This document shows positions 48,926 to 63,150 of a stretch of 64,000 nt of DNA, in pieces. The stretch lies in the NCBI GenBank assembly GCA_002633005.1, contig NMRA01000086.1, positions 475,559 through 539,558 on the forward strand. Direction: 5' to 3'. The stretch comes from Phoronis australis (lineage: Eukaryota > Animalia > Phoronida). Under the pieces are notes generated by a model. The model was given only the letters and a program-made list of their open reading frames with translations. It was not told where the DNA came from and ran no database searches. The position numbers and the translations under genes are program-made. Every line of letters begins with the position of its first letter. Position 1 is the stretch's first letter.

Positions 48926-49714
48926 CTGCAACACAGAGTAGGAGTGTTGAACAATGTGGAATGAAGAAGCAAGACAAGAGATACGGTGGGAGAGACAGAA
49001 ACAGAAACAGACGGGGATTACGACAACAAGAATTATGATCCCCAACGATATCGACTTAATGCCCACTATTCATAACGTAATATGTAAAAGAGAGTGTGGT
49101 TTGTTTCTACTTTATTTAGACAATGAAATAGGAGATAAAAAAATCTTCAATTGGGCACACAAAATAAGACCTAAGTTGTCATTTTCCTGCTTTTCAAAGC
49201 GTTGATATATTGCAGCTGTTCTTCTTCATTGGGACAGTTGTGCAGCACAAACAAAGTGAAGGGTGAAGTAAAACTTATCTTAATTTATCTCAATTCAGGA
49301 TTCATACATTAAGTGTCATTTTCAAATAAAATTGACAAAATTTTTTCTCATGGAAAATTGTAGAAATTTTGTTTCAAATATGCCCAACAATTTCCCAAAT
49401 GAATGAGTGCTTCGTCTGTTTTCCTTGTGGCATTTTGCCATTACTTTGACAAAACTAGATGAATTTTGACAAAACCAGTCAATGTTAGTTTCAAAACTAC
49501 TGCAGAAGTTTTTGCTTTTATATGAGACTACCTTAATCCACTAAATAACCTTGTAATAAGCCAAAAAGTTTCATTAACTGAAATGGACAATCCAGTCAAG
49601 ACATGCCAGTTCAGAGGCAAATAACAGCCACAATACAGTGCAAAATGAACCGCTCTATGTGGACAGGGAACATGCACCAGCGGCAACAGTAAAGTTGATT
49701 CTAGAAGTACTTAC

Positions 49715-49890
49715 TACACAGGATGGGAATGGAGGTGGTCTGTAGTGTAACACAACTGCCGTCAGGTTTGGGAATGATGACTCGGAAGACAAGACGAGCT
49801 TTGGTGCTCTTCTTCTTTGACTTGCCAGTGATGCCCACCATGTGTTCTACATCAGCATTGCGCAGTTTCAGTATGCCCACACAGTCGATC
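49715..49890 (-). CDS. NFAT5: NFAT5 Rel homology domain exon
   Basis: [15 protein letters not shown]...[15 protein letters not shown]...[11 protein letters not shown], an NFAT5 signature; phase 2 to 1. Confidence 0.96.
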
Positions 49891-51775
49891 CTGAATATTG
49901 AACACATTTCTGGTGAACGCATTGCACAACAAGTTGAAACGCAGCACACTACAAAGCCACATTATTTAACAAATCCCGCAAAACTGTCCAGTACAGCAGA
50001 TGGGCCTTCATCTGAACGCGAGCCCACCACAGTGCAATCTACAGCCATGGCTACCTGTAGCTGAAAACTGGAACCATGATATCGATAGTGATGTTAACAA
50101 TTTCAAATACAGATACTCCTTCAATATCAATACCACGTAGAAAAACATCGCAACAAAATATTTTAATTGTCCTTAACAATGCGACACGCCAACTGATATT
50201 CGAACCGAGCCAATCCTCACAACACAAACACACGTGGAATTATAACAGCCGAGACCGACCAAGCAGGACTAGGGTGCTGGCAAGTTTAATCTTCAAACTC
50301 AGACATGACACAGACTTAAGACTCAAAATTTAAGCAATCGCGATTTTGTATTATTTTGAAAGTTTATTGGAAGGGTAACAAATTTTGAGTTGAGTATCTA
50401 ATACAGGTTAAGCCCAAGGCCCTGGCCCATTTGATTTGTACAATTTAAAGCACAGAAATATTAAATCAAAATGACCGTTAATTTCAAAGTGACTATTGAA
50501 TTATCCGTTTTGATATTAAACCACCATTTTGCAATGCTGCATCCTGTTGTATCAATCCAGCAGTAACACCACCAATCCATCCCTCTAGTTAGTTTCGTTA
50601 CAGCAAGTTACAGCACTCGACGCTTAGCTTGAGGCCACGTTGCCAAATTCCAGGCTGCCAAACGGAATTGGAGGTCACCAAAACTGCCAATGGAATCATC
50701 GACCAAAAAAACCTCATGCTGTGTTCTATTCTCAAAAAAGTACCCAAGCCTTTTCCGTTTCTCCCCGCAAAAAATTCACCATTCAATCTGTAACTTAATT
50801 CCTCCTGCAAAGAAGGAACGTAGACGATTAGAACCACTTGAGGTGCGTGTTTCATGGTCTGATCTTGCCCGTCTGTCTACTTCCTGTTGTAATTTAAGCG
50901 TGTTTGATACCACTGACTGCCGTGGTGACAAATGCACTATATTCACGAAACCAAAGGTATTGAATCTAGGAAAAGTGTTAGTAACTTTAAGTTTGGAAGT
51001 CACTACAAATTTCGAAACAAATATCTGAGGAATTAGTGTCCGACTTTGATACTCACTGAGGTTACTTGTGAATTTTTCCAGGTCAATAGACATAATCTGA
51101 AGTGCATTGAGCACTGAGTTACATAATACAAATTATCTAAGGTCTAAGTTCAAGGTCTTTCTATCCAACCTGTCATACAGCCCCAGTTTGCTGGTCCTGT
51201 ATCAAAGATATCATCTTAGAACTGATGCACAATCCAAGTATAATATAGAAGGCAAGTAACGGATAAAAAACGCTTAAATCAACTGCAGCGTGCAGGTCCA
51301 AGCAATATAAAATGCACATTACGTAACTAATCGAACGCATAAAAGTTTGAAGTCTAAACTTTCGTGGTATCCTAAAAGCATTTAAGAATTCCTACATCAA
51401 AGATATCTGTCTTTATCTTGTCACTGTACATAAGATGTGATACTTAATACCTGTTGTATAAGTATGCCTATCACTGACATAATGATCCCTTTGCTTCGGT
51501 CAATGCAGCAGTAGGTCAGATGCTGCTATTACTTAATAAATCTTGTATAGGCATGTTTAACTAACTATGAACCCCTTGCCACTGTAATACTGGTCTCAAT
51601 TACTTTTATTTATGACCACACTTTATCAGAAGTAATCTTTTCTCATGTCGATCTCTTGTATGCAACAGTAGTTCAATCCAACTGCTTGCAGATTAAATTC
51701 TCTATTCAAACTAAACAAAACTATAGATTTGTTTAAAAACCCTGCCACAGAATGTTTTGAGTGTTCTATCCATAC

Positions 51776-51966
51776 CGTGCCACCATATCATCTCCTGGTT
51801 CTAAGTTCATCTCTATTACTGTAATGCCCTCAATTTCTCTCTCTGTGCACGGCGTCGAGTTCTTGCCAGACACTTTACATGCTTGGTAGAAGCCATGAGG
51901 CCTAGGCTTCCCTGTATCCTGACCGACAAAGACTTGAAGTCTACACGACTCATTGTAACCATGTAA
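51776..51966 (-). CDS. NFAT5: NFAT5 Rel homology domain exon
   Basis: LHGYNESCRLQVFVGQDTGKPRPHGFYQACKVSGKNSTPCTEREIEGITVIE; phase 0 to 2. Confidence 0.96.
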
Positions 51967-52586
51967 CTGCAAAAGAAGCCCGCTTTAAAAACTAGACACT
52001 GGTAGGAGTTACACACAAAACTATGCCACTGACGTAATCGAAAACGCAAAGTGGTAAAGGAACACCCCCCCCCCCCAACTCTCAGGCTCAATGTTCAGCA
52101 CACAGTCACACCTACCGAGGTAGACAAACACAGACAGGTCATTCTGATTTTTACCGAATGATTCGGACTTCTGTTTGTTTACTTCCTGTAGTATTTCGAG
52201 TGCATGCTTGGATGTGGCATGGCAGCTTCTGATTTTTATTAGCAAACAAAATCTGAGGTTGTGTAAGCGGCCTTCAAGTTGCCAAATCGATCCCAGACAG
52301 AAACATATTTGGTCCACATTCTCACAAGTGAGACCAGAGTTTGAATGGCGTATTCCATGGCAGATTGTGTATATTGCACCAAATGTCACTAGCCCAGCTT
52401 AAATGGAGGGAGAGAAGGTGATTAAATGAATGGAGAATTGTCATTCAAAGTCGCCCAGCAAGAGACTATAAATTTAACTCTCAAGAGCGACAAAATCAAA
52501 TATGACCAAGAAAAAGTCCAGGATCAAACTGAGAAAGAAAAGTTAAAAATCATTTCTTCCCATTAAGAGTGCAGGCAAATACCAAC

Positions 52587-52782
52587 CTTCACCATGGGGA
52601 AACCTTCGCCAGACTGGTCCTTGACGGCACCGCGGCTGCCCTCAGTGAGGTAACGCGCACGGTGGTGGTTCTCTGGTTGTACAGTTATCTCTAGCCCTAG
52701 TCGACCGTGCTTGTTGGGAAAAGCCTGGATCAACGAGGGCTCCTTGAACTTTTTCACTGGAGTCTGGACACGAGCACTGGTC
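52587..52782 (-). CDS. NFAT5: NFAT5 RHD DNA-recognition exon
   Basis: LEITVQPENHHRARYLTEGSRGAVKDQSGEGFPMVK; RARYLTEGSRG is the NFAT5-type loop (NFATc has RAHYETEGSRG); phase 2 to 0. Confidence 0.96.
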
Positions 52783-55500
52783 CTGGAATGAACAGATGAT
52801 GGGAAACGGAGTGGAATAAACATAATTCATCGAGTTGGCCTTTGCACGGTGGTTGGGAAATAGGGATACCATAAAAGACCACGACCTCAATAGAGCAACA
52901 GTACTTAAATGTTGAACACCAATGCATATCCTCTGACACAGCGCCACCTATACTGAAAAGTGGCTCAGTGGAAACATGATGAACAACACACAGAATTCTA
53001 TGTGTGGGCATCAATGCGCATGCCTTGGCCGGAAGCATACCGATCACATCGCATGCCTTAATGCTCTGTACTTGTTTGGGCTTAAACCACTGGATCGAGG
53101 TTCCCTTGATTTTGTTTACTTCGATCACTGTCCATTTTAATAAACTACAACTACGAGTCAAAGTGGTCGCCATACTTGGTATCTGTAAACTTAAAGGGGT
53201 TTCTTAACTTTCAACCAATGGGAATGACAATGTTATGTCAGTTTCATTACTTTAACCAATGAAAAGCCATTTTAAACAACATTCGACAGTACTACCTTTC
53301 GTATCACTGGGAAAGAGTGTACACCAGTGCCCTTACCTTGAAACCCATCTGTGTGGAGCTGGGTTTGTAGAAACAACTCTTTTGCCTACCAAGGCATTTA
53401 GCCCCATTCCTTGATAAAAAATCTTTATAAAAATCACGTGAAATTCCCTTCATGAGGCCCAATATTAACCTCCAATGAGTAAAAAATTCGCATCAAGGTT
53501 AGAACCTTTAATTCTAAACTATTAGATTTGGCTACATGAAGCATTGCCAATAGAGGTTGGTAACTGGGGAGTGAAACTGGCGATGACCGGGAAGGAGGGA
53601 TTATCTCCCCACTCAAAAATGTTCCTCTCAGAAGACACAAGCCATTTCCATTCAATTGAGCGTGAGAGGCACCTTTCTCTTCAAGTTAGCAAGAGCCCTG
53701 ATAGTACACTAGAGACAAATACTGCGAACAAAACCTGGCAAAGTAAGTTTGTTAATAACAAACTTTATGGGAACAATCTCACAGTTTTCATTGCAAATGT
53801 TCCGTGTTTGGCATTGTAACCTTATTGCATCTAAGCATAAAGGAACACTTTCATTACGAGTCAAATTAAGATTACATTGAGCTTCAGCGACTCAACGCAA
53901 AAAATCATTCAAATGTGACGCAAGGTAACCAAACTCATTGCGGCTAAATTCAAACTCATTAGCGTGACGAGTCAAAACAGGCAGTAAACACTGATAGAGA
54001 TAGAAGATAAAAGAGTTTTTTTTTCCAATATAATCGTTCAAACACTGATAGATAGCAAGATGAAAGATTTTTTTCCAACATAACACTCAAGTTATTCCGG
54101 TGCATTCAAGATAAATTTTCATCATTGGATATTTTGACACAGTACACAAATTCCCCGTGAAGTGATATTTACTCCACTATAAGTAGTAAACATACACAGA
54201 TTACGGTAACACAAGCTCAGAGTGATCAACAGACATACTACAACATTCAGGAAAAAATTAATTTGAAAATGCAGGCAAAACATAACAAGATTTTTCATGA
54301 ATAAGTTCTATTCTTCAACAACTTGGTCCTTCTACAAGCTAAGGCAAGTTTTGTTTTCAACACACAAATAGAAACGAACCCCTTCAAGATGTTGGCTTCC
54401 TTTCACACCTCCTTGCAAAGATGTGAAATTCATGGAGCCTGAATCTTTTATCAGTGTGATACCAGATTTGTAGCTTTAAAGTCCAAGGGGCCAAGGTTAA
54501 TATTAAATATTCGTTACTTTTTTTACTAGACGATAATAGTTTATAGACACTAATATCTTGTACAAATGAAGGAGAGTATGATTTGACATGTTCACACACA
54601 TACAGACACACACAGACACAGACACACGTGCGCATATCAAAAACGCGCTCCCACAAACAAATGCACATTTTGAGACCAGATACCAAATGAGACATTAGCT
54701 AATAATCAAATAAACAGAAGAGCCAAAGAGAACCCTATTTTTATATTCGCCGTTTCTGACATAAAATAAATTTTTCGATTTGAAAGTATTGCAACGATTA
54801 CTTTCTAAACTGTTCTACTGAAGGAGTGAAGCAGTAATATTTCAGAGTCTTTGCTGGTAAGTGTGATACTTTCCCAAACAAATGAGCAGTAATTGTGTCT
54901 CAGTTATGTGCTTATACTTTCACAACATTGCAACAGACATGGATCACTCTAACCAACCAGGTGTAAACAACAATAAATACTAGTTAGGTCACGACAGCTA
55001 AATTAATATTAATTACAGGCAGGCTGCTACACCTACACGACTTGCGCAGGTCACTCAGGTGGATTCATCGCAGTGGTTATTGGTTCCCCTGATGCAGTTA
55101 CCGGGTACTTTTTAGTGGTTCAAATTGTCAAAAAAAAAACCCACCTGATATGATCCCAGTGCGAGATTATTTACTATTGAAAACCTGTTCTTAAGGTCAC
55201 GAGAAAAGTGATTGTCGCTAAGATACTAAGCCAATTTGTAAAAAAATACTCTAGATACATTTGTATAGCTTTCCAAAATAAAGAACTTCATTAAAGTTGG
55301 GTGCAAACCAGAATGAATTGTCGTTATCTTGATGGGTACAAACCAGAATGAATTGTGCTGTTATCTTTGCACTTCCACAGTTTCAATAACAAGGACATCG
55401 TATGGTAGTTCGCCGTTTGTTTCACACAGAATAAATTGCATATACTTTCCACACAATAGGGACATATCAAATAAACTGAATTTACAGACATACGAGATAT

Positions 55501-55611
55501 CCCATATACATGTTCCGACCATAACACTGGTAACATCCCATATACATGTTGCGACCATACCACTGGTAACATCTCATATACATGTTCCGACCATACCACT
55601 GGTAACATCTC
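55501..55611. repeat. 36-bp tandem repeat, 3 copies
   Basis: CCCATATACATGTTCCGACCATA(A/C)CACTGGTAACAT repeated three times. Confidence 0.9.
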
Positions 55612-58600
55612 AAATGGCGTGTAATTACAAGCATTAATGACAAGACTTTGTCTTTACATTTTCCACAGCGCGAAACTGACGATTTGCCACATGCCACATG
55701 CAAAATCAGTGGGGGGACAAAATTGTTTTTCTGAATAACGTTTGGTATGCAAAATGAGGTGAATGTGCTGAATAAGTGGGGCATTACCACAAAACAGATA
55801 TTATAAAAACTAACACGTTGTACACAGAATAAGGTTGGCCCAATCACCACTGAGGCATGTCAGGTGAGGGCACTTATAAGTCATATCAGTAGTATGACAG
55901 TGTACCAGTGGTAACAGCAGACACTAAACAAACTTCCCATATCATATGATAAAAACAAGATAACGGGCATGAGGCCATGACATGGTCAACATGAGCTACC
56001 TCTTGAAGCACTCTTGTTGGTCAACCTGAACTACCTCCTTTCACTAACAGAACGTCTCAAAGTCACCGAGCAGGTTTGATTTGGAGACCTCAAGCTCACT
56101 AATGCAACCTTAAATTTTGATCAGAGAAATAAGAATGCAGCTATGATTCCCTTAGTCGTGACTTCAAAACTTAAAAAAAAAACAACAAAAAGAAAAATGT
56201 TGCCAGAATGTTTTTGGGTGTAACATTTGACCCTTGCACACTTGTGACTATAGGCAAACTGAGCCCACCGCTTTCATTGTTTGTGAAGGACTTTTGCACT
56301 GCCTAATATGCAAAGGCCAGGACTTTTGCACTGCCTAATATGCAAATTTCTTTTTTTCCATGGCAAGGTCATTTCCCAATTGGCTACCTGGGGATTTTGC
56401 CACGTTGCTTTTGGTGAGTTGAAGTTAAGCTAAGCATGATGCCCTTAGTGCTTAGCATAACATCGGAAGGGGCTGATGGTGTTTGCCTTCCCCAGGAGGT
56501 GGGTCTGTACACAGGATATTCGGTTCCGAGAGGTGGAAACTAATCATCACCCAGCACGACAGACTCTCAACTTTCTGTTCTTGCTAAAAACAAAAGCGCC
56601 GAGCAGGTGAACTTGGGTGCACCGGCTTTTCACTTGAGCTATTTCATTTTCGATTCTTGGCAACAAGGTTTGGCAAGCCCAGTTCCTGCTTGGTAGCTTG
56701 GGAATTTTGCCAGGTTGCATTTGGCCAGTTAACTATATGCTAAGCATCGAGCTCTGCTTCCATCTAAGTCAAATTTCCATAGACTATCTATCCTCAAATG
56801 GCCAATGAATTATGAAAACACAAATCATACGGTTCCCAATCTTTGGCACATTTGAATGAACCTTAAAATCTCCATTATGCTAGGTGTTTTCTCTGCCATA
56901 AAATTAAGCGTCCCATGCATCAGCAGATGGCTACATTCCTGATAAATTGTGAACAAGCTAGTATCCAAAATGGGACTTGCCATGCAAAATTTAGCGTTAC
57001 ATAAATTTAATGCAAAATGTAGTGACCATGGGGGAAGTGTACTTTAAAATCTGTTGAGGATTTGAGAAATAAGCGACACTGGAGGCAGAGTCGAAAATAG
57101 AATCAACCAGGTTGAGGCAGGCTTTGATTGAGGCAGGCTTTGATTGAGGCAGGCTTTGACAAAGTCAGATTTGTCTGTACACCATGCTTTGCTCTGCAAT
57201 CTCAAATTGAAACCCCACGGGTCATCCATCAGAAGTTATGGTGTAGATTCACACTGAATGTCTAGACATGCCGGAGAAGCATGACAAGCCTGAACTTTGT
57301 ACTATCAGTTACTAACCGACAAAGAAATTCAACTTATATTTGTCAAAGGGGCCTCCTGGTGATGTACACAGAAGCTACATTCACGATTCATGTGTTAACT
57401 AAAGCCATACACACGCATATTGATCTATGCACCTACTGGTGAAGAGGTAAGTCACTTACATGCACCCCACATCTTGAGAACCAGTTTTCTCCACAAAATA
57501 ATGGACATCAAACTGGTTCTCTATTAGTGACTATTGCCAGTGAAGCTGCATCTATATCCCTAACTAGGCGAATGTGTCTATAAATTAATCACTACAGCAA
57601 AATATAGATGACTTCTAAATTCATATTTGAGTGAATGAAACTTGACTTATCCGTTCCAAAACGGTAGGCGGTGTATTCTATTTAACACTGATTATTAGTA
57701 AAAAGTTTTAGAAATGGGTAAAAGCACACAATCACACAGTTTTAAGAAAGGCACATAAGCAAGTGCCAAGATGCCTGCACGAATAATATGAAGCTTAGGC
57801 ACCTATATGCCAAACAATTGAGTAAAAAATCTTTGAACAACGCATTATTTTACATATAAGGCCTTAAGGCGTGCAATACAGTATTACCTCTTAAATTTTT
57901 ATATTTAGACTTTATTTCCTTAAATGTTCATAAAGCATCATAAGCCCCAGTGTAATAACACTACATTGACTCACGACTGTATCAAGTATGGATTTTAAAA
58001 ACAATGCAGTACATGCCAGGGAGATTAATTAATTGTCAGTATATGAAACCCCCTGGTGACATTTGGCAATAGTTGGACCATGACATGTGCATTCCTGTGT
58101 TTTATATATGGCCACACTGCAGACACACACATTCATAGGTTCATACTTCCGTACGTCTTCACTTATTTAGCATACAATACATGGCAGACGTGGGAATTTT
58201 TTTGAAATTGATCAACAAAGATAAATATTCATGTTCATTTTAAGCAGGGTTTGTACTGCACATATGTCATCAAGCAACACCTCTGAAATTTTCTTATTAT
58301 CTGTAGCAAAGTGATAAGGCTCTGGAAATTAGAAAAACGACTGTTTTGGCAATTACTTTTAATTACCGTAAAGTACGTGGGTATGAATTAACCTAACATT
58401 ATTCCTGAACTAGGTGTCCTGATGGTCCTGTGGCCGACAAAAACAGGTCAGTGGAGCGTGGTTACTTGATATCAGGACAGCAGGACTCATTACAACATAT
58501 ATGAAGAAGTCACAGTGCAATCAAGTACAGGTTATGAAGAAATGGAAGAAAGTCTGTTTGCTTGCTTTTTGCTATCAAACCACTTCAACTGGCACTACAA

Positions 58601-58885
58601 GAGATTTCAGACATATATGTTGACATTTTCATTTAGAACATAACAACGGGAATGTGCGAGGCACTCCCTCAGAAGAATGAACGATAATAAAATAAACCTA
58701 ATAACTGCAGAGCAATCACCACAAGAATGACGAAGCGTCTATGTTAAGTTTGAAGTAGCAGCGCAGTTAAGTGAACTGAGCAAACACTTGAACGGAACAC
58801 TCAGAAGACTGTCACAGAAAATGTGTAAACCCCTTAAATAAGGACATCTTTGCACGAACTGGCCAAAAACGCTGTCTGAAGTTGA

Positions 58886-59735
58886 CTGAGTGTATGTGCA
58901 TAACCAGTATGTCCCACTAGAGGGTATGGACATATCACGTACTCGGTATACCAGCTGAGTGTATGTGCATAACCAGTATGTCCCACTAGAGGGTATAGAC
59001 ATATCACGTACTCGGTATACCAGCTGAGTGTATGTGCATAACCAGTATGTCCCACTCAGGGCTCGACGCTATTAAAATCGCCAGGTCGCATTTTGCGACC
59101 TAGCCAAAATCCCAGGNAGAGGGTATAGACATATCACGTACTCGGTATACCCCAGCTGAGTGTATGTGCATAACCAGTATGTCCCACTAGAGGGTATAGA
59201 CATATCACGTACTCGGTATACCCCAGCTGAGTGTATGTGCATAACCAGTATGTCCCACTAGAGGGTATAGACATATCACGTACTCGGTATACCCCAGCTG
59301 AGTGTATGTGCATAACCAGTATGTCCCACTAGAGGGTATAGACATATCACGTACTCGGTATACCCCAGCTGAGTGTATGTGCATAACCAGTATGTCCCAC
59401 TAGAGGGTATAGACATATCACGTACTCGGTATACCCCAGCTGAGTGTATGTGCATAACCAGTATGTCCCACTAGAGGGTATAGACATATCACGTACTCGG
59501 TATACCCCAGCTGAGTGTATGTGCATAACCAGTATGTCCCACTAGAGGGTATAGACATATCACGTACTCGGTATACCCCAGCTGAGTGTATGTGCATAAC
59601 CAGTATGTCCCACTAGAGGGTATGGACATATCACGTACTCGGTATACCAGCTGAGTGTATGTGCATAACCAGTATGTCCCACTAGAGGGTATGGACATAT
59701 CACGTACTCGGTATACCAGCTGAGTGTATGTGCAT
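58886..59735. repeat. 69/71-bp minisatellite, ~12 visible copies, interrupted by a hAT-like terminus and an N gap
   Basis: Unit CTGAGTGTATGTGCATAACCAGTATGTCCCACTAGAGGGTAT(A/G)GACATATCACGTACTCGGTATA(CC)CCAG; foreign sequence CAGGGCTCGAC... at 59057-59116. Confidence 0.95.
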
Positions 59736-60787
59736 CAAGTACTCAGTATGCCCCACTTGCATCACCTATTTCTTCAGTGTTAAAATGAGTATCGACATTC
59801 TGAGAATAAGATTGGTGTGAGATAAACCATAGGAAACACACGACATGTCTGATTTCTTCTGAATCTAACCGATAACTATCTTGCAAACTTCAAATGACGC
59901 TGTAATTTGTAACTTCCCATCGTCAAAAACAGTTTGTTCTGGGCATCAAATTTCATCAAGACACAAGTGCACTTTCTTTCACAATTCCATTCTAAACTCT
60001 AAAATTATTCGTATTAATATGCAGTTTTTCTCCATGTAAAATTGGTCGTTGTTGGATTTTCTACAAACCACACTGAAACAGAGACGCCAATATTAAGCAG
60101 TTTAGCCTAGGCAGTTACATTGCCTGTGATGTGGATGCCGCAGTCGTACACAGGCGATAGTATACCACCATAAAAAGTTACTCATTTAAAAATACAGAAA
60201 ATAACATTGAATGAAACATGCATATATACGCATGGAGCTCTAATTAACGCATGCCATGCCTCTGGAGACAATTTAGTCAACATAATTTGAACATATTCCA
60301 GAAAATCAGCCTAGGTTAAATCAAGTTTCCTGTGCCATTTTGATGAAGTTGCATGAAATGATGCCGTTTCACAAAAAGTCCGAGGGACAAAAATCTCACA
60401 AATTCCACCGGATGTCCTCCCACGCTACTTTTTGTGTCAGCCGCCAGGTCACGTGCTCCCCAGTCTCGCGCTGATTGTGGTCTAGCTCGCGTGACGCCAA
60501 TTGAAATCTTTTGTTGTTATCGCGCAAGGTGAAGTTAACGGCAACAAAAAAGTTAGGAAATTTTTGCCAAAGTCCTCTCAATTCCTGTCAAGATGCTTCG
60601 TCGAGACTATGCTTTGAACCAGAGATTATCACTGAAGAAAGTAACCGCTATTTGAAGTGACAATGAACTTTTGACGAGGTGAAAACCTCTTATTCGGCAA
60701 CCAGATTTGGCCTAGATAAGTACAGAAACTGATGGGGTGCTGTAGCCCTACACAAACGAGGAGCTATGTGCTGCCTAACAAGCTTAC

Positions 60788-61370
60788 CTTACTGACACTG
60801 TATTTGATGTGGTGGTCGTTGCATTTGCCTCTGTTACTAATTGAGAGCCAGCTGTGAATACATTGGCATTGTCTTTCCCAAACTGGGTGAAAATGAACTG
60901 CGATGATGAGATGGCCTCACTCAAGTCATAGCCAGAGTTAGAAATCGGCGATGACAACACGGTCGCCTGGCTAATATCCTCGTCTCCAGAGCTCCTACGG
61001 ATCTTGGCCGGCGTTTCACTACCGTGTTCACCACCACATCCACCATTCTCCAGAATAGTGCCGTGTGGCCACGATGCCAGCACATCGTCTGAGCTTAGCT
61101 GGCTCAACTCATCCACAATGTTAAGTCCTTCAGACTTGTGAACTAGCGACATCTGGCTATCGTCATTAAACAAGTTCGGCGAAGAAAGACAGCCGCTGAC
61201 ATCGGGACTAGAAACTGGACTGTAGCTAGACACAGAAGTCTGCTCATCGGACGGGCCCGAATGTCTGGTCAGGAACAAGTTACTGGTGTCATCATGGTAA
61301 AAAATGGACGTCTCGTGATCTTCTTTCATTTTCACTCCACTTGGGTCTTTCTTTATATTGTTTATAATAT
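60788..61370 (-). CDS. NFAT5: NFAT5 Ser-rich N-terminal exon
   Basis: TAATTGCAG acceptor, AAG|GTAAGC donor, 583 nt, phase 1 to 2, matching the phase-2 RHD exon; contains an NLS-like TPAKIRR. Confidence 0.82.
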
Positions 61371-61691
61371 CTGCAATTACAAAAGCTGTCATTGACTATG
61401 TGAGGAAACACACTGGTCCAAACAACATATGAGGTTACCAAGGTCAGGCTCACAGAGTCAAACCACAACTAAATGTTTTGATGGACAATGAACAGATTTT
61501 TCAAGCCAATTAATAACAGCATCAAAGGTTGTGAAAAATGTGCACTATGCAACTCTCGCTTAGATAAGCCAAAGACAGAAGTAAAACTCTTCGATAGATG
61601 GAAAGTTTTCCTTAGAAATTTTACCAACAATTGAACACAAAAAATTCACTTTTAACATCTGAATTTAATTCACTGTCCACTCTTACCGTAC

Positions 61692-61746
61692 CTGTTTTAG
61701 GATCTTGATCTTCATTCAATTTCCCGGTCAAATTTGCATATAATAA
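61692..61746 (-). CDS. NFAT5: NFAT5 candidate 55-nt exon
   Basis: CTTTAG acceptor and CAG|GTACGG donor; phase 0 to 1 gives LLYANLTGKLNEDQDPKT. Confidence 0.5.
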
Positions 61747-61884
61747 CTAAAGTGCAAAAATTTGGAAATATAAAGTAATGCCATAGTTAATCAATAAACC
61801 TTGAACAGTGACTTTCAAACAAGTTGATACATGCATTTTCTAATCAGAACATAATGTTATCAACAATAAATGCTGGTCACTTAC

Positions 61885-61937
61885 ATCCATTCATGGTGTC
61901 AAATTTACGGTATCCTCCGTAAAGCCAGTCATTCCAC
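61885..61937 (-). CDS. NFAT5: NFAT5 candidate start-codon-containing exon
   Basis: TTATTTCAG acceptor and GTAAGT donor; ATGs at 61932, 61894 and 61890. The first exon and promoter are probably further upstream. Confidence 0.5.
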
Positions 61938-63150
61938 CTGAAATAACAATTTATCAAACATATAAGTTACAATAACAGTAGCGCAACACTCTGATCCAAT
62001 GTGCATAATTATCCCTGAATATGGAACCTCCGAAAAAGTAGACAACAAGGGCTACAGAGACTATAGATCTTGATCACGGAAAAAATGTTATAACTACTGT
62101 CCAACACCAGCATGGCAACGTCACATTTGATCCTCCTGTTGAAAAGTACAGTAAAAATTCATTGTTTGGGACTGCTTCTAACATATGGGAACAAAAATTC
62201 AAGGTGAAGTTGATTTTTTTTTTGATTTTGAGGAGTGTGAGCTCCTTTGATATTCACTTTATTTCTTGAATATCTAACGTAGAACATAGGCTTCCCAGTT
62301 CATAAAATTGTATAAAATAGTTGCCAACACAACGTTTTCAAGCATCCCCATAGCGTGTAACATGGAGGTGAATGATTGTTTAGTAATTCTTGAATTTGGT
62401 ATGGCTAATACTTGAATAAAGACAACAACTTTTCTAAACTATTATTGTATAGCAACACATTTCGGCAGTAAAACATCCACCATTCAGAGCCAGTCTTAAC
62501 TACATCCAAAAGTAAAGTTCACACGTTGAATTTCAAATGCAAACCCAAACTGAGATAAGGGCTGTCGCTGGTCTAAAAAGTTCAGCAGTCTCGCAAACTT
62601 TCTCTAGTTGAACAACTTGTATCTCAAATGCTTCAACTTGGCCTGATTACCTTGCTTAAAGTCTGTGCACGACACTAGTTGTAGATACTCATAGTTCAGC
62701 TATCTGGAATAGTCGTGACCAGTTTGAACCTGTGCCCTTTGAGCGCACCTGATGATAAAAAATGTGCTTTTTTCAAAAAGTTGTGCCCAGCAGACTTTGT
62801 GCAATCAAAGTGGGAGCATATGAAACAGAAACCCCAAGGGCAATCAAAATAGTTGTGTTTTACCCGACTGCCTGTAAGTGGAAGAGTGTTGCATTGCGCA
62901 CGGGGGTGGGGTGGGGGGGCGCACTGCTACACCATACTTGTGCCTTTTTATGAGCTAATGGTGCAAAGGTGCAGTCCAGGAATATCCCCAAGACATGACC
63001 GAACGTACACAGGCTAGAGATGTTCTCCACTGACACAAGTTATTGAAACTGGATTCCTGAACTTTTGGTTGAGTCAGGACTCCTGCATGGGTCTATTAGC
63101 TATAGATAGACTAACAGGATCAATGACCAACCATAAGTGCTTTAAGTTAA

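Noticed and set aside
56370-56760. SINE-like segment between two degenerate ~60-bp direct repeats
   Set aside because: The resemblance to SINE core domains is only vague, and no tRNA head or TSD could be defined by eye.
58886-59735. CRISPR array or repeat-protein ORFs (MSIPSSGTYWLCTYTQL...)
   Set aside because: There are no spacers, the 71-bp units break the frame, and the ORFs are by-products of an intronic tandem repeat.
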